A stretch of DNA of 36,009 bases from Octopus bimaculoides. Its lineage: Eukaryota. Position 1 is the stretch's first letter, and every line of letters begins with the position of its first letter. The DNA is taken from NCBI RefSeq assembly GCF_001194135.2, contig NC_068992.1, forward strand, positions 80,759 through 116,767. The letters run 5' to 3'. Position numbers and translations under genes: made by a program. This document shows, in pieces, positions 24,577-35,590 of the stretch. The notes under the pieces were generated by a model. The model ran no database searches and was not told where the DNA came from. It saw only the letters and a program-made list of their open reading frames with translations.

Positions 24577-24666
24577 CCTGGGTGGATGCTCCTTGCGTGA
24601 AAGAGGTTTGTTGCCAAGTAATTTGTCCAATTCATTCATCAACGATGGTGTTAATTTTGGAACATA
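24574..24666 (-). CDS. KCNAB: Kv-beta terminal coding exon up to the first stop (TGA at 24576-24574)
   Basis: YVPKLTPSLMNELDKLLGNKPLSRKEHPPR* matches [29 protein letters not shown]. Acceptor gttcttgtattaCAG; phase 0 fits the previous exon. Confidence 0.94.
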   Translation of the reverse strand, partial: YVPKLTPSLMNELDKLLGNKPLSRKEHPPR

Positions 24667-25436
24667 CTGTAATACAAGAACAAACAGTGTGGTGAGAGAA
24701 GGTCACTGACGGAATGTAATAACGAGTATTATTAAACATCTAGAATGAATTTTAATAAGCATATATCGTTAGTTATTTCTATTAATGAGGCAGAGATAAA
24801 GAGATTGTAATAAATCTTTGAGTATGTATAATACACACATACACACAGATATATATACACACAGATATATATAATACACACATACACACAGATATATGTG
24901 GAAAAATGAACATTAAAGGGTTGTGATGATAAGTGAGATTCTAGAATTGGAATCTCTTACTCGAATCCAGGAACTCCTTCGAGAGTGTCAGGTTCTTCCA
25001 ATTTAAGTGAAAAAAAGTTTGTTTTTGAATTATATTCATTTGTTTGGTTATGATTAGATGGTTGTGCATGTTATGTGATATACTTTACACAATGGATATA
25101 ACAATATCATTGTTCTTGATCATGTCTATCTATATGACGTTTTGGTTGTTGAAACAACTATAAACTATAGAATAAATGTAAGACCAGCTACTTCATTATT
25201 CACTTATTACATATATTATGAGCAGGTTTGTACAACCATCCAGTATCATTACATTGGTCCCCCTGTGCAGACCTCAAAATGGTTAACACAAACAGAAAGC
25301 TGAGATGGTATGGCCATGTAGTAAGATCCACTTTCTGACCTCTTTCACGACTCTTTATCCAATCTCTCACTTCTTGTTCTGCTTAGTTTATTTTGTCAAC
25401 CATCCTCAACTATAACAATATCTGTTTCAATGCCAA

Positions 25437-25950
25437 GTGAGACCTAAATCCAAGGCCTCCGCCAGGGGTGTAGCCAGCCCACTTATGCGTACCTTCCTTC
25501 ATTGGACACAACTCCACTTGCGAAGACCTGTTGAGGCAAGTGAAATCGGAATCAAAATCAAACTAAATTCGATGACTGGCACCCATGCTAACGCTGTCTC
25601 CCTCATTGGATATGAAACTCGGCTTGTGAAGACCTGTTGGGGCAAGTGAAAGCGAAATCATGATGCCACCTGTGTCCAGCGTCACCTTCCTGGCACTTGT
25701 GCCGGTGGCATGTGTAAAGACATTCAAGCGAGATCGTGCCAGTGCCATTGGACTGGCTCCTGTGCAGGTGGCACGTAAAAGCACCCACTACACTCTCGGA
25801 GTGGTTGGCGTTAGGAAGGGCATCTAGCTGTAGAAACTCTGCCAAATCAGATTGGAGCCTGGTGCAGCCATCTGGTTCGCTAGTCCCCAGTCAAATCAGC
25901 GAACCCATGCTAGCATGGAAAGCGGATGTTGAATGATGATGATGATGATG
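25437..25950 (+). mobile_element. Family C, longer copy (intronic)
   Basis: Contains an internal duplicated gaagacctgttg.ggcaagtgaaa and the family C tail with (GAT)n. Confidence 0.75.
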
Positions 25951-25981
<31 letters not shown>

Positions 25982-26039
25982 CTCATGTTTTGAGTTCTAT
26001 TTTCCTCGTTTACATTGGCAAACCTATATATATATTCTT

Positions 26040-26410
26040 TTATTCTTTTACTTGTCTCAGTCATTTCGACTGCTGCCATGCTGGAGCACCACCTTTAGTC
26101 AAACAAATCGACCCCAGGACTCATTCTTTGCAAGTCTTCTATCGGTGTCTTTGCTGAACCACTAAGTTCCAGGGATGTAAACATGCCAACATCGGTTGTC
26201 AAGCAATGATGGGGTGTGTGACAAACACACACACAGATACACACACATGACAGGCATCTTTCAGCTTCTGTCTACCAAATCCACTCTCAAGGCTTTGGCC
26301 GGCTTGAAGCTACAGTAGAAGACACTTGCTCAAGGTGTCACACAGTGAGACAGAAACCCAGAACTATGTGGTTGGGAAGCAAGCTTCTTACCATACAACC
26401 ACTCCTGCAC
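26040..26410 (-). mobile_element. SINE family A, full-length copy (intronic)
   Basis: Reverse complement of the family A consensus. Confidence 0.82.
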
Positions 26411-26894
26411 TGATATATTTCTTGTAAACGCTAAGTTCTACGTATTACGTTTAAAATTTTAGTTTAAAAGCATTTCTTCGATAAGATAAGTTATGATTTT
26501 ATTTTAAGAAATTTTGTTAAATGTTTTTCGATTATTTATTTATTTATTGTTAAAACAAGTATTTTTTAATATTTTTATTTGATATTTATTATAAGTTACA
26601 ATACGTATATTGATATTATTATTATTATTATTATTATTATTATCTATATCTTAATTTAGACCTGATGTGTGACTATATTTTTGAATAGATTTAATTGCAG
26701 ATCGATTTGCTTATTAATTGAATTGGTTTTATTAGTTATCAATTNNNNNNNNNNNNNNNNNNNNNNNNNNNNNNNNNNNNNNATATATATATATATAGGG
26801 AGAGAGTGAAAGAGATTCGGTGGAATCATGAACTTAAGTTGAAGCACCAAGTCAGTCTGGTGTTATCTGCACAGCTCGAAGTAAGGTGAATAAA

Positions 26895-27179
26895 ATCAAA
26901 ATAAACAACAGCATATCAAATAGTGATGCAGTACGACCGTTTCAAGTGAATTCATTTAATTGAACAATGCAACCATGACATTAATTTAAATGCATTGCTA
27001 TCTTCAGCTGCACAAATTATATTAATGTATCCTACCTGTTGAAATTCCATATATTTTTTTGTGCAGCTGAAGATAGCATTGCATTTAAATTTATGTAATG
27101 ATTGCATTGTTTAATTAAATGGAGCCGCTTGAAGCGGTCGTACTGCATCACTACTTGATATCCTGTTGCTTATTTTGAT
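26895..27179. repeat. Long inverted repeat, 122-bp arms, 41-nt spacer, in the last Kv-beta intron
   Basis: 26895-27016 versus the reverse complement of 27058-27179: 13 mismatches in 122 by hand alignment. Confidence 0.92.
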
Positions 27180-27205
27180 ATCTATCTATCTATCTATATA
27201 TATAT

Positions 27206-27236
<31 letters not shown>

Positions 27237-27400
27237 CGACTGGCTTCTTTCAGTTTCTGTCTACCAAATCCACTCACAAGGCGCTTTGGTCGGCCTAAGG
27301 CTATAATAGAAGACGTTAGCTCAAGGTGCCACACAGTGGGACTAAATCCAGAACCAAGTGGTTAGGAAGCAAGCTTGTTACCACACAACTACTCTTGTGC
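27237..27400 (-). mobile_element. SINE family A, head fragment
   Basis: ggcttctttcagtttc...caaggtgccacacagtgggact...ccacacaact. Confidence 0.8.
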
Positions 27401-27817
27401 TGCACTCTCTCTCTCTCTCTCTCTCTCATTATATATATAAATATAAACAGAATATGAATAGAAATATTGTTCACATTATGTTATAAAGCTTCCACAGAAT
27501 GGTGGTTTATTTGCTCAGTAATGTCTTAATTTCATCAACACATAATGGATCTATTTGCATTCACCAGAGAAGCAATCCCTGTATATCCGCCACTCACTTG
27601 ATGCCAAATCAGACTCACCTCTAATTTGATGAAGATTTTGTTGCTATTTCTAGCACATCAATTGACATGTGTAGAGACTCTTTGTATATAAGCATATGTT
27701 GAAGCACCTTGGCTTAACATGCTTAAATATGATGGTGTTTATTATAGGACCAAAAATACAATATATTTTCAACAGGAATTGACAATCTTAATGCCATTGT
27801 GACATGAGTATAAATAC

Positions 27818-27906
27818 CTGCAGAGCTTGGAGATTTTCATAAAGTTGGTCTACTGATGTAGCTCCAAGTAAAACACAATGAATGGCTTCCTGTCTCAGAC
27901 ACCAGG
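27818..27906 (-). CDS. KCNAB: Kv-beta exon (89 nt, phase 1 to 0); not in the ORF track
   Basis: (A)WCLRQEAIHCVLLGATSVDQLYENLQALQ matches [30 protein letters not shown]. Acceptor ctccttatatttCAG, donor GTATTT. Confidence 0.95.
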
Positions 27907-28199
27907 CTGAAATATAAGGAGAAATTTCAATCTTTGGACAGCAATTTTGCAGTTAAGGTGACTAAATTAGCAAATAGGCATTTTTTTTTAGCTCTCTGTA
28001 CAATCTTCTCAAAATTTCTATCTCTATAGTTAAGATTAATAATGGTTTCAAATTTTGGCACATGGCCAGCAATATCAGAGAAATGGGTAAGTTGATTACA
28101 TCGATCCCAATGCTCAGCTGGGAGCTTGTTTTATCTCCAATCATCACAATACTGTCAACAAATAGACATTCATTGCCAAGAAGAAAATATAATTATTAT

Positions 28200-28620
28200 A
28201 GGCGCAGGAGTGGCTGTGTGGTAAGTAGCTTGCTTACCAACCACATGGTTCCGGGTTCAGTCCCACTGCGTGGCACCTTGGGCAAGTGTCTTCTACTATA
28301 GCCTCGGGCCGACCAAAGCCTTGTGAGTGGATTTGGTAGGCGGAAACTGGAAGAAGTCCGTCGTATATATGTATATATATGTATGTGTTTGTGTGTCTGT
28401 GTTTGTTCCTCCCCCTCCCCCCCAGCATCGCTTGACAACCGATACTGGTGTGTTCACGTCCCCGTAACTTAGCGGTTCGGCAAAAAGTGACCCGATAGAA
28501 TAAGTACTAGGCTTACAAAGAATAAGTCCTGGGGTCGATTTGATTCGACTAAAGGCGGTGCTCCAGCATGGCCGCAGTCAAATGACTGAAACAAGTAAAA
28601 GAGTAAAAGAGAAAAAGAGT
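28200..28620 (+). mobile_element. tRNA-derived SINE family A, full-length copy
   Basis: A-box-like TGGCTGTGTGG, B-box-like GGTTCAGTCCC, ggcaccttgggcaagtgtcttc core, internal (TA/TG)n, and tail ...ccagcatggccgcagtcaaatgactgaaacaagtaaaagag. Many copies in the window. Confidence 0.85.
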
Positions 28621-29050
28621 AACTAAACACATATGAAAGATTAATGGTGATGAAATAGTTAATGGCCAAAGATAGCTGTCTGTCTAAATTGTAAGCCATT
28701 CACCATGAAGATAAGTCGCTTACCTGTTAACAGCTATTCAGACTGAAGCATGCACATATGTATACCATAGTTAAGATCTACAACATTTTATCTATGGATA
28801 TTATTGTTATGGCTTTGTCATCTTTACTAAAGAAATGCTAACCTCAATTTTAGAATTCAAAACATGCCACCCTTTTTTTCTAAATGTAGATCCATCTGAT
28901 TGCTACAGTGATTGAGGTAAGCAACTGCACATAGGTAATATTTAAATTCATACTCGTTGTTAAATAGCTTGATCTTAGAATTAATCACCTGCATGACCTG
29001 TCAGCATTTCACTGTAATTGATTTTGTATGAATAATCAAAGGTCTCTTAC

Positions 29051-29171
29051 CTATTGCCAGTTGAGCTAATGAGCAACCTAATCTATCAGCAACGACTGCC
29101 ACTTCTCTTAGACGTGCTTGCTGTTTGCGGCCCTCCTCACTGAGAATTTTATCTTTCAGCCATCCGTAATT
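29051..29171 (-). CDS. KCNAB: Kv-beta exon (121 nt, phase 0 to 1); not in the ORF track
   Basis: [40 protein letters not shown](A) matches [41 protein letters not shown]. Acceptor atttctctgCAG, donor GTAAGA. Confidence 0.96.
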
Positions 29172-29434
29172 CTGCAGAGAAATGTTTAAAGTAAAATATT
29201 TTAATGTTGATCAATATAGGACATTGAGAGATCAATAAATCTTATTGAACATAAAATAATCAATATATCATACTGAACATAGAATGATGTAGTTGATAGA
29301 ACCAGAAAAAGACTGAGCTAAATGCTTTACTCTGGCAAGTTTTGTTTAGCAAAGATCTGTTTTCAAATCTAACTAGGATTAATTTTATTTTATCTCCATC
29401 TCGTGAGAAAAAGATGTCATTTAAATATTGACTT

Positions 29435-29650
29435 CAAATTTTGGCACAAGGCCAGCAGTTAAGACAGTAAGATCTGCAATTTCAGGGATTAAGTTGATTA
29501 CATTGACTCTCTTTTGCTCAGCTGATTGTTGTTTTATTGATCCCGAAAGTCCACCCCTGGCAGCATTTGAACTCAGAATGTGAAGTTGAAAGAAATGCTA
29601 CAAGTATTTTGTCTGGCGTTGGTGAAATTTCTGCTTGCTCACTGCCTTAA
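29435..29650 (-). mobile_element. SINE family B copy (intronic)
   Basis: Family B tail and B-box motifs. Confidence 0.75.
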
Positions 29651-30404
29651 TGTCATTAATATATTTGTTCAATCACTATCTTGCTTTTTTGCAAAAACTG
29701 GTTTCATGTCCAAGAAAAACCAGTATTTCTAGTATAATGTTGACAGAGAGACTCAAACACTTTAAAGGATTTAGTCTCTTCCCACCAATTTGAGAGTTGG
29801 AATCCTGCCAGTGTTAATATCACTTATTCTGTCTGTGATGATAATAAGATAATAGAAATGCACAATAGAGTACACCTGATGTGAATGATACAAAAGTTCA
29901 ACCGTTATTGCAGTGGAAAGTTGAACAAATGATTTTTACAGTTTTTGAAGGATTATCCTGACAGGTTCTCAGTCTTTCTTGAGATTCTCTTCAGAGACAA
30001 TGCTCTCACTTTTGTTTTCTACAGTTCATGTAAGTTTGATAGTTCTTCAAATAGTTATAAGACTGCAGAAGCAGGTGTTCTTTTTTAGTTCTAATCTTGT
30101 TGATGCCAGCTCCATCACATTCCAGGATGGAACATGGATGTTAAATGAAGGTGATGATAATGATAATGATGATGATGATAATGATGATGACTGAGCTTTG
30201 GCTGCTTAGATACAGAGATGACATGCTCTGGCCCATGGTATCTATTTACAGCTAACTGGACTGGGCCAGGAAACATTAAGTGCTTTGGACATGGATACAA
30301 TGTAGCATTGAAGTGTGAAACAACAATTAATATAGCAATGTAACTTTATGTGAGGTTGGAAATGCAATAAAGTTAACTGGAATTGGCTCCAAAAGAAGAT
30401 ATAC

Positions 30405-30499
30405 CTTTAGGGCAGCACGAGAATAGATCGGTACTCCATCGTCATACTTCCCTGAAAGAATTCCTGATGCTAATGGGGACCAGCAAATTGTTCCAACAC
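30405..30499 (-). CDS. KCNAB: Kv-beta exon (95 nt, phase 1 to 0), cofactor-binding WSPL segment
   Basis: (G)[31 protein letters not shown] matches Kv-beta [32 protein letters not shown]. Acceptor catttctttTAG, donor GTATAT. Confidence 0.96.
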
Positions 30500-30546
30500 C
30501 TAAAAGAAATGGTAAGTAATTAATTATACATTTATATTTAATAATA

Positions 30547-30760
30547 TTGGTTTCAAATTTTGGCACAAGGCCAGCAATTTCGGGTGAGAAGATAAGTCGA
30601 TTACATCAACCCCGGAACTGAAGTGATACTTATTTTATAGACCCCAAAAAATGAAAGACAAAGTTAACCCTGGTGGCTTTGAACTGAGAATGTGAAGTCC
30701 AAAGAAATGTTGCTAAGCATTCTTACTGGTTCTGTAATGATTCTGTGAGTTCACAATCTT
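30547..30760 (-). mobile_element. SINE family B copy (intronic)
   Basis: tggtttcaaattttggcacaaggccagc...gaactgagaatg...ctaagcatt. Confidence 0.8.
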
Positions 30761-30816
30761 AATTTATATTTAATAATGACAAGTGAGCGAAATTTTTGAC
30801 AATATACAGTGCTTGT

Positions 30817-31032
30817 AAGGTGGGGGGAGCTGGCTGAAAAGTTAGCATGCTGGGTGAAATGCTTAGTAGTATTTCGTCTGTCTTTATGTTCTGAGTTCAA
30901 ATTCTGTCAAGGTTGACTTTGCCTTTCATCCTTTCAGGGTCGATAAATTGAGTACCAGTTATGTACTGGGGCTGATCTAATCGACTGGCCCCCTCCCCAA
31001 AAATTTTGGGTCTTGTGCCTAGAGTAGAAAAG
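30817..31032 (+). mobile_element. SINE family B copy in plus orientation (intronic)
   Basis: aaggtggggggagctggc...gttctgagttcaaattc (B box)...ttgtgcctagagtagaaaag. Confidence 0.83.
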
Positions 31033-31637
31033 AATATTTATAGACACAATGAATGAAACAAACTGCACAAGCAAATTTATTTGTCTTGCTAAGGGCACAA
31101 CACAATGGATGCAGTCGGAATTGAACTCATGACCATTTGTGTTCATGAGTTCCTTACCTTCACTTGTACCTTACAGATGTTCCCACACATGTTGTGTAAA
31201 CATCATTACCACCATCATCATCATTTAACATCATTTAACCCTGCTGGCATGGGTTGGATAGTTTGACAGGAGCTTGGTCTGCTGAAGGGTTGCCTGAGCT
31301 CTTTGTTTTGGCATGGTTTCTATGGCTGGATACCCTTCCTAATGCCAAAGGAAGGCTATTCTTATACATTAATAACATAATTTAAAATTAACATCAGATT
31401 GTTGGTTTCAAACAGTATCACATTTCATACATAACATCATCTATATAAAGTGTCCTCTTATGATGAAGAGATCACATGACTAAGATTACGCATGATTCTA
31501 ATGAAACTATCCAATCACAATCACCCGTTGCATATCACATGACCACTTTAATTTATTTTGTTGTAGAAGGATGTATATGAATGTTACTTTATTGTTGTGA
31601 TGAAGATGGCAATGGAGACGATAGAGTAGAACTTTAC

Positions 31638-31758
31638 CAATTTTAGTGTAGATCTCATGCATGTGAAGCTCAACTTTATCTCGATGAAACATGTTATATT
31701 CAGCTTGTTCAGCAGTTGGTGGGATCAGGTTGAACTGGCGTGCCACAGCGTAACTTTC
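31638..31758 (-). CDS. KCNAB: Kv channel beta subunit (aldo-keto reductase family), internal exon (121 nt, phase 0 to 1)
   Basis: Translates [40 protein letters not shown](G), matching vertebrate Kv-beta EAYSVARQFNL.PP.CEQAEYHMFQREKVE...KIG. Acceptor ccctatgTAG, donor GTAAAG. Confidence 0.96.
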
Positions 31759-33079
31759 CTACATAGGGTCAAACAAATAATGGGAAACAATGACAGAAAG
31801 AGCAAAAGTTTTTCAAAAAATCACTATCAAACAACATCTTAGAAATGATGCAGTAGATGACAGTCTGGGATGCATTAAGCTTCCCCAAAAAAACCCCCCA
31901 AAAAACAAAAAAGAAAACCCCCAAAAAAGGAAGGGAATAAAAAATGATAACGTAGTAACAGGTGGAAAGTATTTTGTTTTACCTCAAGTCATGATGGCCA
32001 GCAGGTCTGACCTAGGAGTAACCAATAACAATTTTAGTCATTTTATTCTACATCTATCATGAATGAATGGTGGGTAATCTTTGGTTTTAGGTACGTATAA
32101 TTGAGGGACTAACAATGAAACTAAACAGTCATAGAAAATAGAGAACAGATTCTGGTATCCACGAATAAGTGTTAAGTTATATTTTTAGTCCTGTTGACGT
32201 ATGTACCTAAAAACCAAAGAATGGTGTTCCGAAAAGCTTTGGTGGACATCACAAATTTCCATTTCACTTCTCTGTTAATTAGAGGTCTTGCACTCATCTT
32301 GGAAATCCTAGCAATGATAGGAAACTTAATGGTAAACATTAAGCGAGCAGAATCATCAATCTTAAATGTATGGTTTGTCTTGAAGTCGGAGCATCAATCT
32401 TAAATATATTCCTGGTTTGTCTTGAAGCAAGACTAAGGAGAGACAAGAGTTCATTGCAACTCAACACCAATTCTACCATCTATCCTTGGCTTAAAACGGT
32501 GCGTTATGTCGTCCTACTGTACTTCTTTTAAGTAAAGACAGACTGACGGAGCTGTCTGTCTATGCCATTACCATATTAGCCCGATCAGAAGGTTGAAAAG
32601 CAAAGTATGAAAATTTCTGGTTTAGCAAAAAATGAATCTGTCTCCTGTTGTAGAGTCCCTTCCAGGAAGGAAGGAAGGACATCTATGTGGTGTGATAAAG
32701 AGACAGTCTCTTGTTAGAATTCCATTTGCATTTAGGATTGATGCCAGTTCTTGACTAGCGTTTTATTTTTATAGAATATGAAAGACAAAGTTTATCTTGA
32801 TATAACTTGTCCTGCTAGAAATAACAGCTAAATCTATCTCAAACTACACTTTACTATTTTATAAAAGACTCTTTGACTAATGTTGTCCTAGGTACACTAA
32901 TCCACAAGAAACGACAGTGTAGTCATGGTTGGAATAGCCTTTGGATCCTACATCAGTCTGCTCTGTCAAGGCTGACCTGGGACTAGGAAACTACCCAGCA
33001 AAACATCTAGTGTTAGGTACAGGACACATTCTTCCGACTTTTCAGTGCATTATTTCCAAACAACAATGCCGTGAACTGG

Positions 33080-33275
33080 CAGAAGCGTTAGGATGCCAGA
33101 CAAAATGCTCAGCAGCATTTCTTGATGTTCTGAGTTCAAATTTCGCCGAGGTCGACTTAGCCTTTCATGCTTTCAGGGTCGATGAAATAAGTACCAGTTG
33201 AATCCTGAGGTCGTTGTTATCGAGCAGCCCCAACCCCTAAAAAATTTCAGGCCTTGTGCCTGGAGTAGAAAAGAT
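33080..33275 (+). mobile_element. SINE family B copy
   Basis: gaactggcagaagcgttag...gttctgagttcaaatttcgccgaggtcgac...ccttgtgcctggagtagaaaag. Confidence 0.8.
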
Positions 33276-33459
33276 TATTCCCAAAATGACTCTACGGGGA
33301 GAAAGACCATAATTCAGTTAGAGTTATTTCCCTTGCATTGTAGTGGCTCATTCAGGCTCAAGAATAGACTATTTCTAATATTCCAGTATACGTGTGTGTG
33401 TGTGTGTGTGTGCCTTGTTTATGTGTCACATTGTGTGTGTGTGTGTGTGTTATTTTGAG

Positions 33460-33870
33460 TAGGTGTACTTGTGTGGTAAGAAGCTTGCTTCCAAACTACG
33501 TGGTTCTGGGTTCAGTTCCACTACATGGCACCTCGGGCAAGTGTCTTCTGCTATAGCCTTAGGCTGACTAAAGCTTTGTGAGTGGATTTGATAGAAAGAA
33601 ACTGAAAGAGGCCCGTCGTATATACGTGTATATATGTGTGTGTGTGTGTGTGTGTGTTTGTGCCTGTATGCCCTGCCACCACCACTACTTTACAACTGGT
33701 GCTGGTGTGTTCCCCTACCCTGCAACCTAGTGGTTCATCAACAGAGACTCACAGAATTAGTACCAGGCTTTTAAAAAAAAGTACAGGGTCGATTCATTTG
33801 ACTTAAAGTTCTGCAAGGCAGTGCCCCAGCATGGCCACAGTCTATCGACTGAAACAAGTAGCAGATAAGA
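33460..33870 (+). mobile_element. SINE family A, diverged copy
   Basis: Head gtgtggtaagaagcttgc...gggttcagttcc; tail ccagcatggccacagtc...gactgaaacaagta. Confidence 0.78.
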
Positions 33871-33946
33871 GATTAAAGATAATAGCCATCTATTCCTCCA
33901 CAAGTCCATTTGGGAGCAGATGTGCTTATTTGCATCTTTATTAGTA

Positions 33947-34690
33947 CAGGGCAACCTCCGTTCTCAACCATAGTTTGTTCTGAAAGTCTGTTCAAGAACC
34001 GAATCATTTTTTCCTATTACAATTAATGTAAAAGAGATTAATTCGTTTCCAAGCAGCAGATGAATCTTTATTTACATGTTCAGACTCCATATTTTAGTAT
34101 AAAACCGTTTCTCCAAACTGTAAATAGCACACAAAAGTGCATCATTTCTTCCCTTCCATAAAAACTTTTTGGGGGTTTCTTCCCTTCTTGGTCTCTTTGC
34201 TCAGGTAAATCTTTCTCTGGAGTTTTTTTCTTTTTTTCTTTCAGTGAAAACCTATCCAATGTTAGTTGTTTTTGCCTGCATTGTAAAACTTTTCTAAAAT
34301 GAGACATGACATTGTCATTGAAAAGGTTTACTGCTCTATTTGCTACCACTGTATTATCAGGGTGACATTTTCCCACAAAACTTTGCACATCACCTCATTT
34401 AGCACAAATTTCTTTGATTAAAGAACTTGGGACATCCTCCTTTCCTTCCTCCACCTCATAAGACATTTCCTTAGCCAAAGTCTTTTGCTGATCATTTTGA
34501 AGGTGTACAAGTTCTTCAGTGGTAAATTCAGTACAGTGGTCTCCCCCCAGCTCTTCAATATCTCCACTGTCGACATTCAAGCCCATAGTTTATCCCATAG
34601 AGACAATATCATCAACAGTAGCAATTTCCTCGACAGCAGCAGTTACTTGTAGCTGTCTCAAATCTCTCAAAGTCTTGTTAGAAAAGCACA
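33947..34690 (-). mobile_element. pogo/Tigger-like transposon 3' remnant (transposase C-terminus plus one terminal end)
   Basis: EEIATVDDIVSMG*TMGLNVDSGDIEEL...EDVPSSLIKEICAK*GDVQSFVGKCHPD...RAVNLFNDNVMSHFRKVLQCRQKQLTLDRF, a Tigger-type C-terminus. TA-CAGGGCAACCTCCG at 33945 looks like a TIR end with a TA target. Confidence 0.8.
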
Positions 34691-35384
34691 GCACAACACA
34701 TGAATGTATACAGAATGTATATCTAATGAGAGTCTTGATGTTTTCTGTTATATATGTTCACCTCTTCTTTTATATGAGGGGATTTTGAAAAGTTCCTTGC
34801 TTTGGGTAAAAGTAAATACAGGAGGGTCAGTTAATTATGACTTTATTCAATGTATTCCCCTCTCAGATTCAAATACTTATTGAAGTGGCCCTTCAGTTTT
34901 TCTAAGTCCTGTAAAAGAATTCAGAAGGTTCGGCCTTAAACCAGACCTTTCACGACACCTTTAAAGCCAGAAACTTTTCAATCCCACCCACTCATATATG
35001 CGTGTGTGTATGCACACTTTCAAATGATTCATTTATATCAAACCAAATGATGTTTAAAAATCTATTCTGAGAAAGCAGTTTCTTCCACAACATCCCATAT
35101 TGCCATTTATTGGATAGTAATCTTGGACTGAAACGATCTTTTTGATCTTTGGTTACACTTCACTACACATCTTTACACAATGATAGTAAATCTATCAGAA
35201 CTGTGATGTGATTTAATTGGATGCAATATATATAAAACGGTTGGCTTTAGGAAGGGCACCCAGCCATAGAAACCATGACAAAGCAGACACTGGAGTGTGA
35301 TACAGTCCTTTGACACATTTTTGGTTTCTGTCAAACCATCCAAGCCATGCCAGTATGGAACATTGGCATTAAAGGATGATGTAA

Positions 35385-35590
35385 GGTGGCAAGCAGATGG
35401 AATCGTTAGTTGATATGAGGGAAAAAAATGCTAAGTGGTATGTCTTACAATACTTTACATTCTGAGGTCAAATCCTGCTGTGGTCAGTTTCGGCTTTCGT
35501 CTCTTTTGCATCGAAAAATAAAGTACCAGTCAATGCCAATAAAAGATGGAATCACCATGGCAACTTCTCCTTAAAATAGCTGGTCTTGAA
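35385..35590 (+). mobile_element. Diverged SINE family B copy
   Basis: aaggtggcaagcagatggaatcgttag...ttctgaggtcaaatc...aataaagtaccagt. Confidence 0.6.

Noticed and set aside
24428-24709. Plus-strand 93-aa ORF opposite the terminal exon
   Set aside because: Antisense shadow of GC-rich coding sequence; no independent evidence.
28200-28280. tRNA-like A and B boxes in SINE heads
   Set aside because: No complete cloverleaf; these are parts of high-copy SINEs, not tRNA genes.
32347-32430. ~45-bp imperfect tandem duplication
   Set aside because: Ordinary slippage-type intronic duplication.
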